From the NCBI GenBank assembly GCA_024693105.1, contig JAILLO010000046.1, positions 479-64,478 on the forward strand: a DNA stretch of 64,000 nt, read 5' to 3'. Under the pieces are notes generated by a model. The model was not told the DNA's origin. It was given only the letters and a program-made list of their open reading frames with translations, and did not search any database. The position numbers and the translations under genes are program-made. The number at the start of each line of letters is the position of its first letter. Positions within the stretch are counted from its first letter, which is position 1. Positions 9,901 to 17,681 of the stretch are shown here, in pieces. The DNA is from Clostridia bacterium (lineage in GTDB: Bacteria > Bacillota > Clostridia > Peptostreptococcales > Anaerovoracaceae).

Positions 9901-10641
9901 GCCTGATATAACAGCTTTTCCTCCGAAAAGCTGTACTGTTCCGTCCGGAACGCTGACTTGTCCAAGATTTACAGTCCCTGCGGAAAGCTTAAGACCGATA
10001 TCTTGAGAATCGGATTTGATTTTTTCGATATTGAAGCTCATATGCCCCATATCCCCAGAATTCATATCAAACTCCACTTTTCCCCCAGCCGAAACCTCTT
10101 TGCAGTTTAGCGTGGATTTCACGTTATAATCGCTGGATAGGGTAATATTCCCGGTTGCAGAAATAGAATCTGCATTTACTGTTATATTGTTGTTAGTGAA
10201 GCATAAACGAACCGCATTATTTACCTTTTTTACATTTAAAACACAGTCATCATTATCGGTTTTTGTTAAATAAATGTTCCCAATGCACCCTTCGTCAATT
10301 TCAATTGCACCGATTGTGCAGCTGCTCCCCAACCAGATAGTAATGTGCTTTTTCTCAGCCGACGGGACAGCTACCTTAAATACTAAATTAGAATCGTCTA
10401 TATTCTTTAAATTGAGAACATAGTTGCCGTTATCATGATGTTCGAAAGAAGCCTGATCCGTGGTTAAACCCGCGCCGGTAATATTACCGTTTGATGCAGT
10501 AACATCATCACTTAAAACTATCTCATTTACATCTTCCTGGGCATAAGCTGCATCCGCGAGTCCCGGCATATAAGCAAACAGGACCGCAAAGATCATAATA
10601 AAGCTTATGAACCTGCTTTTGCTTTCTAAAAAGCCTGTCAT
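6937..10641 (-). CDS. Large secreted cell-surface protein with a Gly-rich linker and C-terminal SLH-like domains
   Basis: Signal peptide (FISFIMIFAVLFAYMPGLADAAYA), a GGGSGHSGGGHSGGGGGG linker and SLH-like segments (FNDVKDGAWYKEGADFAGSRGLMEG; GMDDGTLNPTGELTRGQ). GGAGG lies 8 nt before ATG 10641. Confidence 0.75.
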   Translation of the reverse strand: MTGFLESKSRFISFIMIFAVLFAYMPGLADAAYAQEDVNEIVLSDDVTASNGNITGAGLTTDQASFEHHDNGNYVLNLKNIDDSNLVFKVAVPSAEKKHITIWLGSSCTIGAIEIDEGCIGNIYLTKTDNDDCVLNVKKVNNAVRLCFTNNNITVNADSISATGNITLSSDYNVKSTLNCKEVSAGGKVEFDMNSGDMGHMSFNIEKIKSDSQDIGLKLSAGTVNLGQVSVPDGTVQLFGGKAVISGSLEAKKVELKGGELKIAAGTDVSKVKDLYYSTRDIVHVNATTSSGVVSNFAADDEGHDGGFYGVTAFIMSLDGEGYDYQKLPNDKDYIFKSGVTLKLNHFNEDDIKDIKFISAHSYNHSAGSTDVAINTGFPAGDFNLVKINAVVKPGKQIKSVKIGDRELSNFGKQYFFDVEDSEGSGVSQEFIVCVGDLPDGATSAAIDIETEAATYKTITLNCNVGFHQGPLRTYCPLGEKIDAEYLQAVFPGVIWYEDEAHKKAFNMDTEITEDITLYGYLPMKKVTGSMEVKPVVACEGENYKELCTRYSGSCRINDEGSLVLLSNGVEDGIYTYYTAQKNGNAIAWSTLTSTAIDGEGDYSLSDSGKVYFMPAVSAARFGYELDGNFKFKWNNEDLPICDDCAFIPIVKEEHDAKKLATNDGTYRICTKCGKFFEGETGSTPASLEEIQLKSINDDITSDTEGNKVLSLSEDIYYGKNTKIESPQSGQVILDLNGHRLGSTKDIWVNGEATLVIKNGTIDLKSIIADNVVFENVSGAIDCVTGDQGHLKSLTLATGSSVHFNGPMNLGSDSSDLKLEIKDSSKLYADLKTLPQVATLAVMSPDMNFRVFGEPFSAGLYKQLSSYAGKNISFLDYYDASGEAGGKKGQKYIGLCNSGTAVFQVQSSSGGGSGHSGGGHSGGGGGGAVSDIPANAVPTDKSAEIVKTEEKKDAAGNTAVITTDSNGKQAADVKISEDAAKQAAAENKPIALPVPEVKPEKDATKATAIKVSFPEGTKKAEVSVPVTAATDTTVLMKVNEDGTMTPVPTSVVSEDGKGLVANLEAGNYVAVDNKVTFNDVKDGAWYKEGADFAGSRGLMEGVGNGNFGQNMTLGKAQVQAVIDRLGGADKAESWNNAVAKFGTKEKCDRMTTLSMLHDAYKANKGEAAVKPNREVLAKFKDAASIPEEYVDTFCWAIEKGIIQGMDDGTLNPTGELTRGQFGLLLERTVKALSL

Positions 10642-10858
10642 TTTTTGTACCTCCACTTTTATTATAATTATTTCTCAGACACTGTATAAACGCCACGGCT
10701 GCATCTTCTAAACACACGTGGTTTACATAAGTCTCATTTTGAATGATACCGTTGTTTATTTTAAAACTTTTGTGAATATTAAGCAATACTTCTGTGCCAA
10801 ATGGACAGTTTCTGGGACAAGTGGCAAAGAATGTGCAAAGGCTGTACCATATATTCCC

Positions 10859-10888
10859 AAAAAAAAGGTTCCTCAAACCGAGGAACCT
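10859..10888 (-). terminator. Rho-independent terminator after rplT
   Basis: AGGTTCCTC-N5-GAGGAACCT followed by T8 on the minus strand. Confidence 0.75.
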
Positions 10889-10910
10889 AAATTGGTTATT
10901 TTCAATATCA

Positions 10911-11270
10911 CTATTTTTCCAAAGCTTTCTTTGCAGTGTCACAAAGAGTTGTGAAACCTGCCGCATCATAAATTGCCATTTCAGAAAGCATCTTTCTGTT
11001 TATTTCAATTCCTGACTTGTTCAGACCGTTGATAAGTCTTGAATAAGACATTCCGTTCATTCTTGCTGCAGCATTGATTCTGGCAATCCAGAGTCTTCTG
11101 TAATCTCTCTTCTTTGCTTTTCTTCCTGCATATGCAGAACGAAGCGATCTCATAACTGCAGGGTTAGCTGCCTTAAAGATCTTGCTCTTTGAACCATAGA
11201 AGCCTTTTGCCAGCTTCAGGATTTTCTTATGTCTCTTATGTGCATTTACACCTTTTTTTACTCTTGCCAT
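10911..11270 (-). CDS. rplT: 50S ribosomal protein L20
   Basis: [26 protein letters not shown]... is a canonical L20 sequence. Confidence 0.95.
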   Translation of the reverse strand: MARVKKGVNAHKRHKKILKLAKGFYGSKSKIFKAANPAVMRSLRSAYAGRKAKKRDYRRLWIARINAAARMNGMSYSRLINGLNKSGIEINRKMLSEMAIYDAAGFTTLCDTAKKALEK

Positions 11271-11287
11271 TTTCTATACCTCCTATA

Positions 11288-11488
11288 CTATTTGCTCATC
11301 GATCTAAGCATTCTCTTCAGATCTGCACTTGTAAGCGTAGTAGCCTTTCTCAGGCCTCTCTTTCTCTTTGTGCTCTTCTTAGTCAGGATATGGCTCTTAT
11401 ATGCCTTATTTCTCTTAACTTTTCCGGAACCGGTTAACTTAAATCTTTTGCATGCGCCTCTGTGAGACTTCATCTTATTTTTTGCCAT
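11288..11488 (-). CDS. rpmI: 50S ribosomal protein L35
   Basis: [26 protein letters not shown]... is a canonical L35 sequence. Confidence 0.95.
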   Translation of the reverse strand: MAKNKMKSHRGACKRFKLTGSGKVKRNKAYKSHILTKKSTKRKRGLRKATTLTSADLKRMLRSMSK

Positions 11489-11562
11489 GATAACATCCTC
11501 CTATGTTAATTTGTTTTATGACATGCATTGAGCCGGCCGATGCCCCGACCGCTCCACACTTT

Positions 11563-12084
11563 TTATTTGTCTTTGTCAAGCTTCGGTGCAACAACCATAA
11601 TCAGACTTCTGCCTTCAAACTCGGGTTTCTTTTCCACCGTACCGACTTCTGCCACAACCTGTGCAAAGGTTTTCATAACATCAAGTCCTTTGTTTGCATA
11701 ATCACGTTCTCTTCCCCTGAAACGCAGACTGACCTTAACCTTGTCGCCTTCCTTCAGGAACTTGATGGCAGTATTTGCTTTGACTGTTATATCATGTTCC
11801 TCAATAAAAGTACTTAGCCTTATTTCCTTGACTTGCATGGTCTTCTGCTTTTTCTTTGCTTCCTTTTCACGCTTTTGAAGCTCATAACGATACTTTCCGT
11901 AATCAAGAATCTTGCAAACCGGCGGCTTCGCATTTGGAGCGATATTTACCAAATCAAGTTTTTTCTCATTTGCCAGTTCAAGAGCAGCCTCAAGACTCAT
12001 AATTCCAAGCTGTGTTCCGTCGCTGTCAATAACTCTGAGTTCCTTGTCGCGAATTTCCTCGTTGATCAGATTTTCTTTGCTAAT
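11563..12084 (-). CDS. infC: Translation initiation factor IF-3, with an ATT start codon
   Basis: IF-3 N and C domains are present. AAGGAGG lies 8 nt upstream of ATT (12084-12082). The upstream ATG-initiated extension (to 12195) is hydrophobic nonsense. Confidence 0.9.
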   Translation of the reverse strand: MSKENLINEEIRDKELRVIDSDGTQLGIMSLEAALELANEKKLDLVNIAPNAKPPVCKILDYGKYRYELQKREKEAKKKQKTMQVKEIRLSTFIEEHDITVKANTAIKFLKEGDKVKVSLRFRGRERDYANKGLDVMKTFAQVVAEVGTVEKKPEFEGRSLIMVVAPKLDKDK

Positions 12085-12100
12085 TGCCCTGCACCTCCTT

Positions 12101-12226
12101 AAAAAAAATAAGCGGATAAGAAATATCCGCTCTAAACACAATTCAAAAGCAATTGTGAAAATTACCATATCAACCCGCCGAAACATATCGGACAAGGTGA
12201 GAAGCGGATAACTTCTTCTTCAACAC
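12101..12226 (-). promoter_or_regulatory. L20-leader-type transcription attenuator upstream of infC
   Basis: Terminator AGCGGATA-N5-TATCCGCT plus T8 lies at 12101-12131. A second TATCCGCT copy in the RNA (12210-12203) can pair with the same AGCGGATA arm, giving an alternative structure. Confidence 0.55.
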
Positions 12227-12232
12227 TAGATG

Positions 12233-12261
12233 ATGATACCATTGTGCCGTGCAATTGTCAA
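12233..12261 (-). promoter_or_regulatory. SigmaA-type promoter of infC-rpmI-rplT
   Basis: TTGACA (12261-12256), 17-nt spacer, TATCAT (12238-12233). Confidence 0.55.
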
Positions 12262-12265
12262 GCAG

Positions 12266-12385
12266 TTTCTTAATTACCCCCGGCTGAATTTCTTCATTAT
12301 CCGGGGCCGGATTTTCTTAATTACACCGTGCAGCATTTTCCGGTCTCCACAAGCAGGATTTTCTAATATCGGCATCGCGGGTTAC
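12266..12385. repeat. Degenerate tandem repeat with a 23-24 bp period, about 5 units
   Basis: TTTCTTAATTAC-like AT-rich cores occur at 12266, 12289, 12313, 12337 and 12360, alternating with GC-rich 12-mers. Confidence 0.5.
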
Positions 12386-12464
12386 AATTACAATATGATA
12401 TAATAATGTAGAATTTTGCGGAAGCACGCCGATGTACCTTCACGGCTTTGGGAAAGGAAAAAAT

Positions 12465-13802
12465 ATGAACACTACTGCATATAAAATAGCATCACTTGTT
12501 TCAGCCGCCGGCGGCAGAGTATATTTTGTCGGCGGTTATGTGCGTGACATACTGCTTGGAATTGAAAACAAAGATATTGATATAGAGGTCCACGGAATCG
12601 CACCGGAAGTTCTTCCCGAAATCCTGAAGGAAGTCGGAAAGCCCGTTTCCATAGGAAAAAGCTTTGGCATATACTCTCTTGAAGGTACCGGAATCGACAT
12701 TGCAATGCCGAGAAAAGAAAAAAACACCGGCAGGGGGCATAAAGCCTTTGAAATATTTATCAACCCCTTTATAGGAACCCTTGAAGCCGCCCGCCGGAGA
12801 GATTTCACGATTAATTCCATGATGCAGGACGTACTTACCGGAGAAATAATCGACCATTTCAACGGCCACTCAGATCTCGAAAAGGGGATTATCAGACATG
12901 TCGATGATTCATCATTTTGTGAGGATCCACTGCGCGTTCTGCGTGCCGCACAATTTGCTTCAAGATTTAAATTCGAAATAGCCGAAGACACAAAAGAACT
13001 TTGCCGTCTTATAGATCTTTCGGAGCTGTCAAAGGAGCGCGTCGAAGGTGAGCTGAAAAAAGCCCTTCTAAAAGGGAAAAAGCCTTCTCTTTTCTTTGAT
13101 ATACTTAGAAATACAAATCAGCTTGCCGATTGGTTTCCCGAAGTCAGGCAGCTTGCCGGCATTGAACAGAATCCCCTCTTTCACCCGGAAGGAGACGTGT
13201 ACATGCATACGATGCAGGTTCTTGACCGGGCTTGCGGATTCCGCAGCAACGTAAAAGTACCTTACTCTTTCATGCTGTTTGCACTCACCCACGACTTCGG
13301 CAAAATTACAACGACGGAAGTGATTAACGGGGCTATTCATGCTTACTCACACGAGACAGCCGGTGTTTCAATTGCCGAAAAATTTCTCAAAAGAATCACC
13401 TGCGAAAAAGCGGTGCTCGCTTACGTCAGAAATATGATACCTCTTCATATGCGGCCAAACATGATAGCATTTTCAAAATCACCGGTAAAAAAAAGCAACC
13501 ATATGTTTGACCTGGCCTGTGCTCCGGCGGATCTTGTCTACTTTTCAATGTGCGACAGACCGGTTTTTGCAGGCGATACAAAGTTTGAAGGTGACAGCGA
13601 ATTTCTGTTCGAACGGCTTCGTATTTTTGAAGAAACCATGTCACGCCCATTTGTAAGCGGTTCAGACCTTATAGCCGCCGGCCTTAACCCCGGCCCGCTT
13701 TTTTCGAAAGCGCTTGCATATTCTCATAAGCTGCGCCTTGCGGGCATCGAAAAAGAAGATGCACTGAAGCAGACACTCGCTTTTGCCCGAAAAATCAAAT
13801 AA
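12465..13802 (+). CDS. cca: CCA-adding tRNA nucleotidyltransferase with an HD domain
   Basis: GGYVRD...DIDIEV polymerase-beta motif and HD motif (HPEGDVYMHT...THDFGK). Confidence 0.85.
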   Translation: MNTTAYKIASLVSAAGGRVYFVGGYVRDILLGIENKDIDIEVHGIAPEVLPEILKEVGKPVSIGKSFGIYSLEGTGIDIAMPRKEKNTGRGHKAFEIFINPFIGTLEAARRRDFTINSMMQDVLTGEIIDHFNGHSDLEKGIIRHVDDSSFCEDPLRVLRAAQFASRFKFEIAEDTKELCRLIDLSELSKERVEGELKKALLKGKKPSLFFDILRNTNQLADWFPEVRQLAGIEQNPLFHPEGDVYMHTMQVLDRACGFRSNVKVPYSFMLFALTHDFGKITTTEVINGAIHAYSHETAGVSIAEKFLKRITCEKAVLAYVRNMIPLHMRPNMIAFSKSPVKKSNHMFDLACAPADLVYFSMCDRPVFAGDTKFEGDSEFLFERLRIFEETMSRPFVSGSDLIAAGLNPGPLFSKALAYSHKLRLAGIEKEDALKQTLAFARKIK

Positions 13803-13912
13803 AAATCCGGCAAATGCACCTCGGTATATGTACTTGCCTTAGCGTTCTATCCGCTAAAATCAGCACAGCATTACGTTCGGTAATTTGCCGGTCTTTTTTC
13901 TGTATTCGTTTT

Positions 13913-14461
13913 TTATTGCCTGTCTGAGCCTGCATTCATATATACAGAAGTTGCAGTCGCAGCAAGTTTGCCTGTTTCTTCTATAACGGCTTCACAGAAG
14001 AACTGTGAAATTCTGCGTCCGCAGGCAGTTGCTCTTGTCTTTACAAGAAGATGCTGCCCTTCTTTTGCGGGACGTATGAACTTGACTTCAATTCCGACAG
14101 TCGGCGTAAAATTGCTCTGTGCCGCAAATCTTGCAATAACTGCCATCGCCAGATCAAAAGCAGTACAGTACATGCCCCCGTGAAGCACGCCCACACGATT
14201 TACCTGCCACGGAAGAACAGGAAAACGCATTACCGTCGACATTTCTTCATAATTACAGCTGACATATTCACACTGCATCATTCCGTTTATAATATTCTTC
14301 TGGTCGACATTTAATTCCCTCATGGTCACTTCCATGTGCTCTTCCATTCGCTTTTGACCTTCAGAAGCAGTCCCCGCGGCTTTCTCTGTAATGCCCTCAG
14401 GCGTTCTCACATCCTGCTTTTCCTCCTGCCGTGTCATATCCTTTGATTCATCGTTGCGCAT
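13913..14461 (-). CDS. PaaI-family hotdog-fold thioesterase with a charged N-terminal extension
   Basis: GVLHGGMYCTAFDLAM motif. The start is uncertain; ATG 14461 overlaps the upstream stop codon by 14 nt. Confidence 0.65.
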   Translation of the reverse strand: MRNDESKDMTRQEEKQDVRTPEGITEKAAGTASEGQKRMEEHMEVTMRELNVDQKNIINGMMQCEYVSCNYEEMSTVMRFPVLPWQVNRVGVLHGGMYCTAFDLAMAVIARFAAQSNFTPTVGIEVKFIRPAKEGQHLLVKTRATACGRRISQFFCEAVIEETGKLAATATSVYMNAGSDRQ

Positions 14462-17400
14462 TAAAAATGTTCCTCTCTTCGCCTTGTGTTTTCGTTTCGG
14501 ACGCCATATATTCAGATTCTCTTTCAAGTTTTTCAAGAATGGCATCCCTGTTTCTGACTGCCTGCAGCATTTCGTCAATAATCTTCGGATTTATCTGCTG
14601 ACCTTCGAATTCAGGTCTTGCAATATAATATCCCTGGAGGAAATCAACGCCCAATGCAACTACAGCTTCAAGCTCGGCCTTTGTCTCGACACCCTCTGCA
14701 AGAACATATATATTCCTTTCCTTTGCATATGCCATTATAGCCTGTATAAGTCTGCGTTTGTTAAAATCTTTATCAACGCCGCGCACAAACGAAATGTCAA
14801 GCTTTATAATGTCCGGAATTATGAAAGTCATTGCCGACTCTCTGTTGTAGCCTGTCCCGTAATCATCAAGTGCGAGCATGCTTCCCCATCTTCTGACAAT
14901 TTCAAGCTTCTTGTTGAGAACTTCCTCCTTGTTGCGCTCATCCTCCGTAAGTTCAAGAACCATCTTAGGAAGCAGGTCCTTGTATTCACTTTCAAGCTTG
15001 CTTAAAAGCATAGGACTTACAATCTGATTTCCTATGGAATTGATAAAAATACGCTCATTATCATGAACAGACCCTGCGGCAAGAAGCGACTTGAATGTCG
15101 AAAATGCGCCCTGCACCGTCATCTCTTCTATTACATGAAGCTTTGCCTGTACCGCCGCGATTCTCAACACCTCAGAAGGCGAATTAAATTCCGAAATCAT
15201 CGGCCTCATAAGCATCTCATATCCGAAAATACTTCCGTCCTTTGTCGAAATAATCGGCTGCAGAGCATAACGGACCTGATTCTGTTCAATCAGTCTGTTC
15301 AATGCCTCATAACCGTTGAGAAGTATCGCGTTATTCTCGTATTTTTCAAGACTGAATTCGCCGATATTTCCCTTTACCGTATGCTTGATATTGTACATCG
15401 CAAAATCCGCATACTGAACAAGCTGTTCAAAATCCTCCGAATCGTCAGGGTACCATGCAATTCCGGCAGAAGCACGAAGCTTGTATTCTTCCCCGTTTGG
15501 AAGAAGAATATATTCCTGATTGATGGTTTTCCAAATCTTCGAAATGATTCTTCTGATTTCTTCACGTGTTTCATAGCCGTAAATCAGCGCATAAAATTCG
15601 TCTCCCGAACGCCTGCCTACCAGTGCTCTGTAGCTTAACAGCTGTCTGAGGCAATTGGCTATCGCCTGAATATACTTGTCTCCGCAATCATGCCCATATC
15701 TGTCGTTTACATATTTAAGGTTGTCAAGATCGAGCATAATAACTGCGGCACACTTAATCTCGTGCAGCTGTTTCCTTGCTATCTCCTTCATTGCCCTGCT
15801 GAAAGCAAATCGGTTGTAAAGATTTGTGAGAACGTCGTAATCACGCTGGTACTCTATCTTGATTTTTTCGTTTATTTCATTTGTAACATCAAGAATGGCG
15901 CCGAGTGTTCTGTCGCCTTCCTGGAGGCTCTTGATACGAACCCACCGCATTTCGTTTCCGATTCCGTTAACCTGATATACGCCCTGTTCAACGGAGTGAA
16001 CATTTTTCAGTACCTTGCGGAAACGTTCCCTGAACTCCTTCATCCCGATATAAGGAGAATCCGGATTCCATCCTTCCCAGCCCAGAACATCAAAAAGACT
16101 TTCGCTGCAAAATACCTGCTGCTCTGTATTTTTGAATTCATATACTCCGAGAGGAATCTCTGTCATCGTAATGATTTTTGATATTCTCGAGGCAGACTCT
16201 TCCACAGAATGGCTCAGACTTTCGATAGACTCGCTGAGCTGATCGATTTCTTCCATATTGACACGCCTGAGATTGATAGGTTTGTGCGGATCGCTGTTTC
16301 TCAGCTCTTTCAGCAGATTTTCGATAGGTCTTGTAATACCGAGCGCCACAAAAAGAGCTACAATAATGCTGACTACAAGCAACATAACCGTAATAATAAG
16401 CAGAATCGCCTGAATATTGTACAACGGTGAAAGAAGAGTCTTTTGAGGCACTATACCGATGACTGCCCATCTGTCACCGGCGAAATGGGAATCCCTGCCA
16501 TACAGATTCAAAAGCTGTACACTTGCAAGGATATTGCTGTTTGCCTGATTTTGCATAAATACAAGTCTGTTGTCGTAATTTTTTTCCACACTGATAGTTT
16601 CATCTATGCCAAAATATTTTTCAAAATCAGGTCCCTGTGAGGCAATAACCTTGTAATGCTTTTCCTTACCGTCGGTAAGCGCAAGAGCATAGCAGCCTTT
16701 CATGCCTTTTGCAAGTTCTTCAAAATGCAGATATCTTTTAATATAGTCAACAGTAACATCTATACCAAGCACTCCAAAAGGCGTACCGTATTCATCAATC
16801 AGCGGAACCGAATAAGTTATGCTCCTGATTCCGTCCTTTGAATTCAAAAGAAAGTTGTGGCTCCAGTAACCGTAATCAGCGGAATCATTTCCTTGCTTTT
16901 TCATGTTTTTCGCAAGGTTGAACGGCTTGAAAAAATAGTCGGAGCTGCTGTCGAGTTTGAAAGTCGCAGCCCAGTTGGAATCAAAAGAAAGCCCGAGTTC
17001 GCGCGAAATGTCGGGAAGACCTCTTTCCAGATAAACATCTCCGTTATCACCGGCATAATTCGACGGCTCCATATCGCGGAGAAATACGCCTGCATATGTC
17101 GAATCATCACCGCTTATGCCATCACCGTTCAAAATCATAAATACGCCTGTTGTACCGTTCTTCCTGAGGATGTTGAGCAGATGCGAAGACGCTGCCGAAA
17201 GAATCTCGGCATTGAGATCGGCATCTTTGGAAATATCCGAAATCGAACGGCCTTTCTGATTCAGTACAGTTTTCACAGCATCAAGAATAACCGGATATGC
17301 TTCTCTGAAATTTGACCACATACCGGTCATATCCGTCTCAAGGTATTTCATTCTTCCCTCGGATTTTTCGCAGAAAACTTCTATCGAGTCAGAACTGATA

Positions 17401-17531
17401 TCAGAGAAAACACCTCCGAAGCCAAAGCCTGCAACATACAGTATCGGCTGAAGCACTATGACAATAAAAACCGGAATCAGAATTCGCATCATTATCGTTT
17501 TTCTTTTAAATAAATTTGCTAAGATTTTCAA
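14448..17531 (-). CDS. Membrane sensor diguanylate cyclase/phosphodiesterase (extracytoplasmic Cache-like domain, TM, PAS, GGDEF, EAL)
   Basis: GGDEF variant RRSGDEF. EAL-domain motifs EMLMRP, ELTE, DDYGTGY, KLD, AEGVE and QGY. TTG start with GGGGAG 5 nt upstream. Confidence 0.85.
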   Translation of the reverse strand: MKILANLFKRKTIMMRILIPVFIVIVLQPILYVAGFGFGGVFSDISSDSIEVFCEKSEGRMKYLETDMTGMWSNFREAYPVILDAVKTVLNQKGRSISDISKDADLNAEILSAASSHLLNILRKNGTTGVFMILNGDGISGDDSTYAGVFLRDMEPSNYAGDNGDVYLERGLPDISRELGLSFDSNWAATFKLDSSSDYFFKPFNLAKNMKKQGNDSADYGYWSHNFLLNSKDGIRSITYSVPLIDEYGTPFGVLGIDVTVDYIKRYLHFEELAKGMKGCYALALTDGKEKHYKVIASQGPDFEKYFGIDETISVEKNYDNRLVFMQNQANSNILASVQLLNLYGRDSHFAGDRWAVIGIVPQKTLLSPLYNIQAILLIITVMLLVVSIIVALFVALGITRPIENLLKELRNSDPHKPINLRRVNMEEIDQLSESIESLSHSVEESASRISKIITMTEIPLGVYEFKNTEQQVFCSESLFDVLGWEGWNPDSPYIGMKEFRERFRKVLKNVHSVEQGVYQVNGIGNEMRWVRIKSLQEGDRTLGAILDVTNEINEKIKIEYQRDYDVLTNLYNRFAFSRAMKEIARKQLHEIKCAAVIMLDLDNLKYVNDRYGHDCGDKYIQAIANCLRQLLSYRALVGRRSGDEFYALIYGYETREEIRRIISKIWKTINQEYILLPNGEEYKLRASAGIAWYPDDSEDFEQLVQYADFAMYNIKHTVKGNIGEFSLEKYENNAILLNGYEALNRLIEQNQVRYALQPIISTKDGSIFGYEMLMRPMISEFNSPSEVLRIAAVQAKLHVIEEMTVQGAFSTFKSLLAAGSVHDNERIFINSIGNQIVSPMLLSKLESEYKDLLPKMVLELTEDERNKEEVLNKKLEIVRRWGSMLALDDYGTGYNRESAMTFIIPDIIKLDISFVRGVDKDFNKRRLIQAIMAYAKERNIYVLAEGVETKAELEAVVALGVDFLQGYYIARPEFEGQQINPKIIDEMLQAVRNRDAILEKLERESEYMASETKTQGEERNIFNAQR

Positions 17532-17681
17532 TACTGCTCCCCTGTCCGTCCGTCGCTGCGGTCAGACAAATAATAAAACATAAAACACTAAATGCAATTT
17601 AAAACGGTAAAATCGGGTGTATAGGTCCCGGCACTGCCTGCCTTTAAATCCCCAAAGCAGTAGCAGATTAGCGTCAGATAT

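Noticed and set aside
12085-12195. The ATG-initiated 37-codon extension of infC in the ORF track.
   Set aside because: The extension spans the leader terminator and encodes hydrophobic nonsense. The SD is correctly spaced only for the ATT codon.
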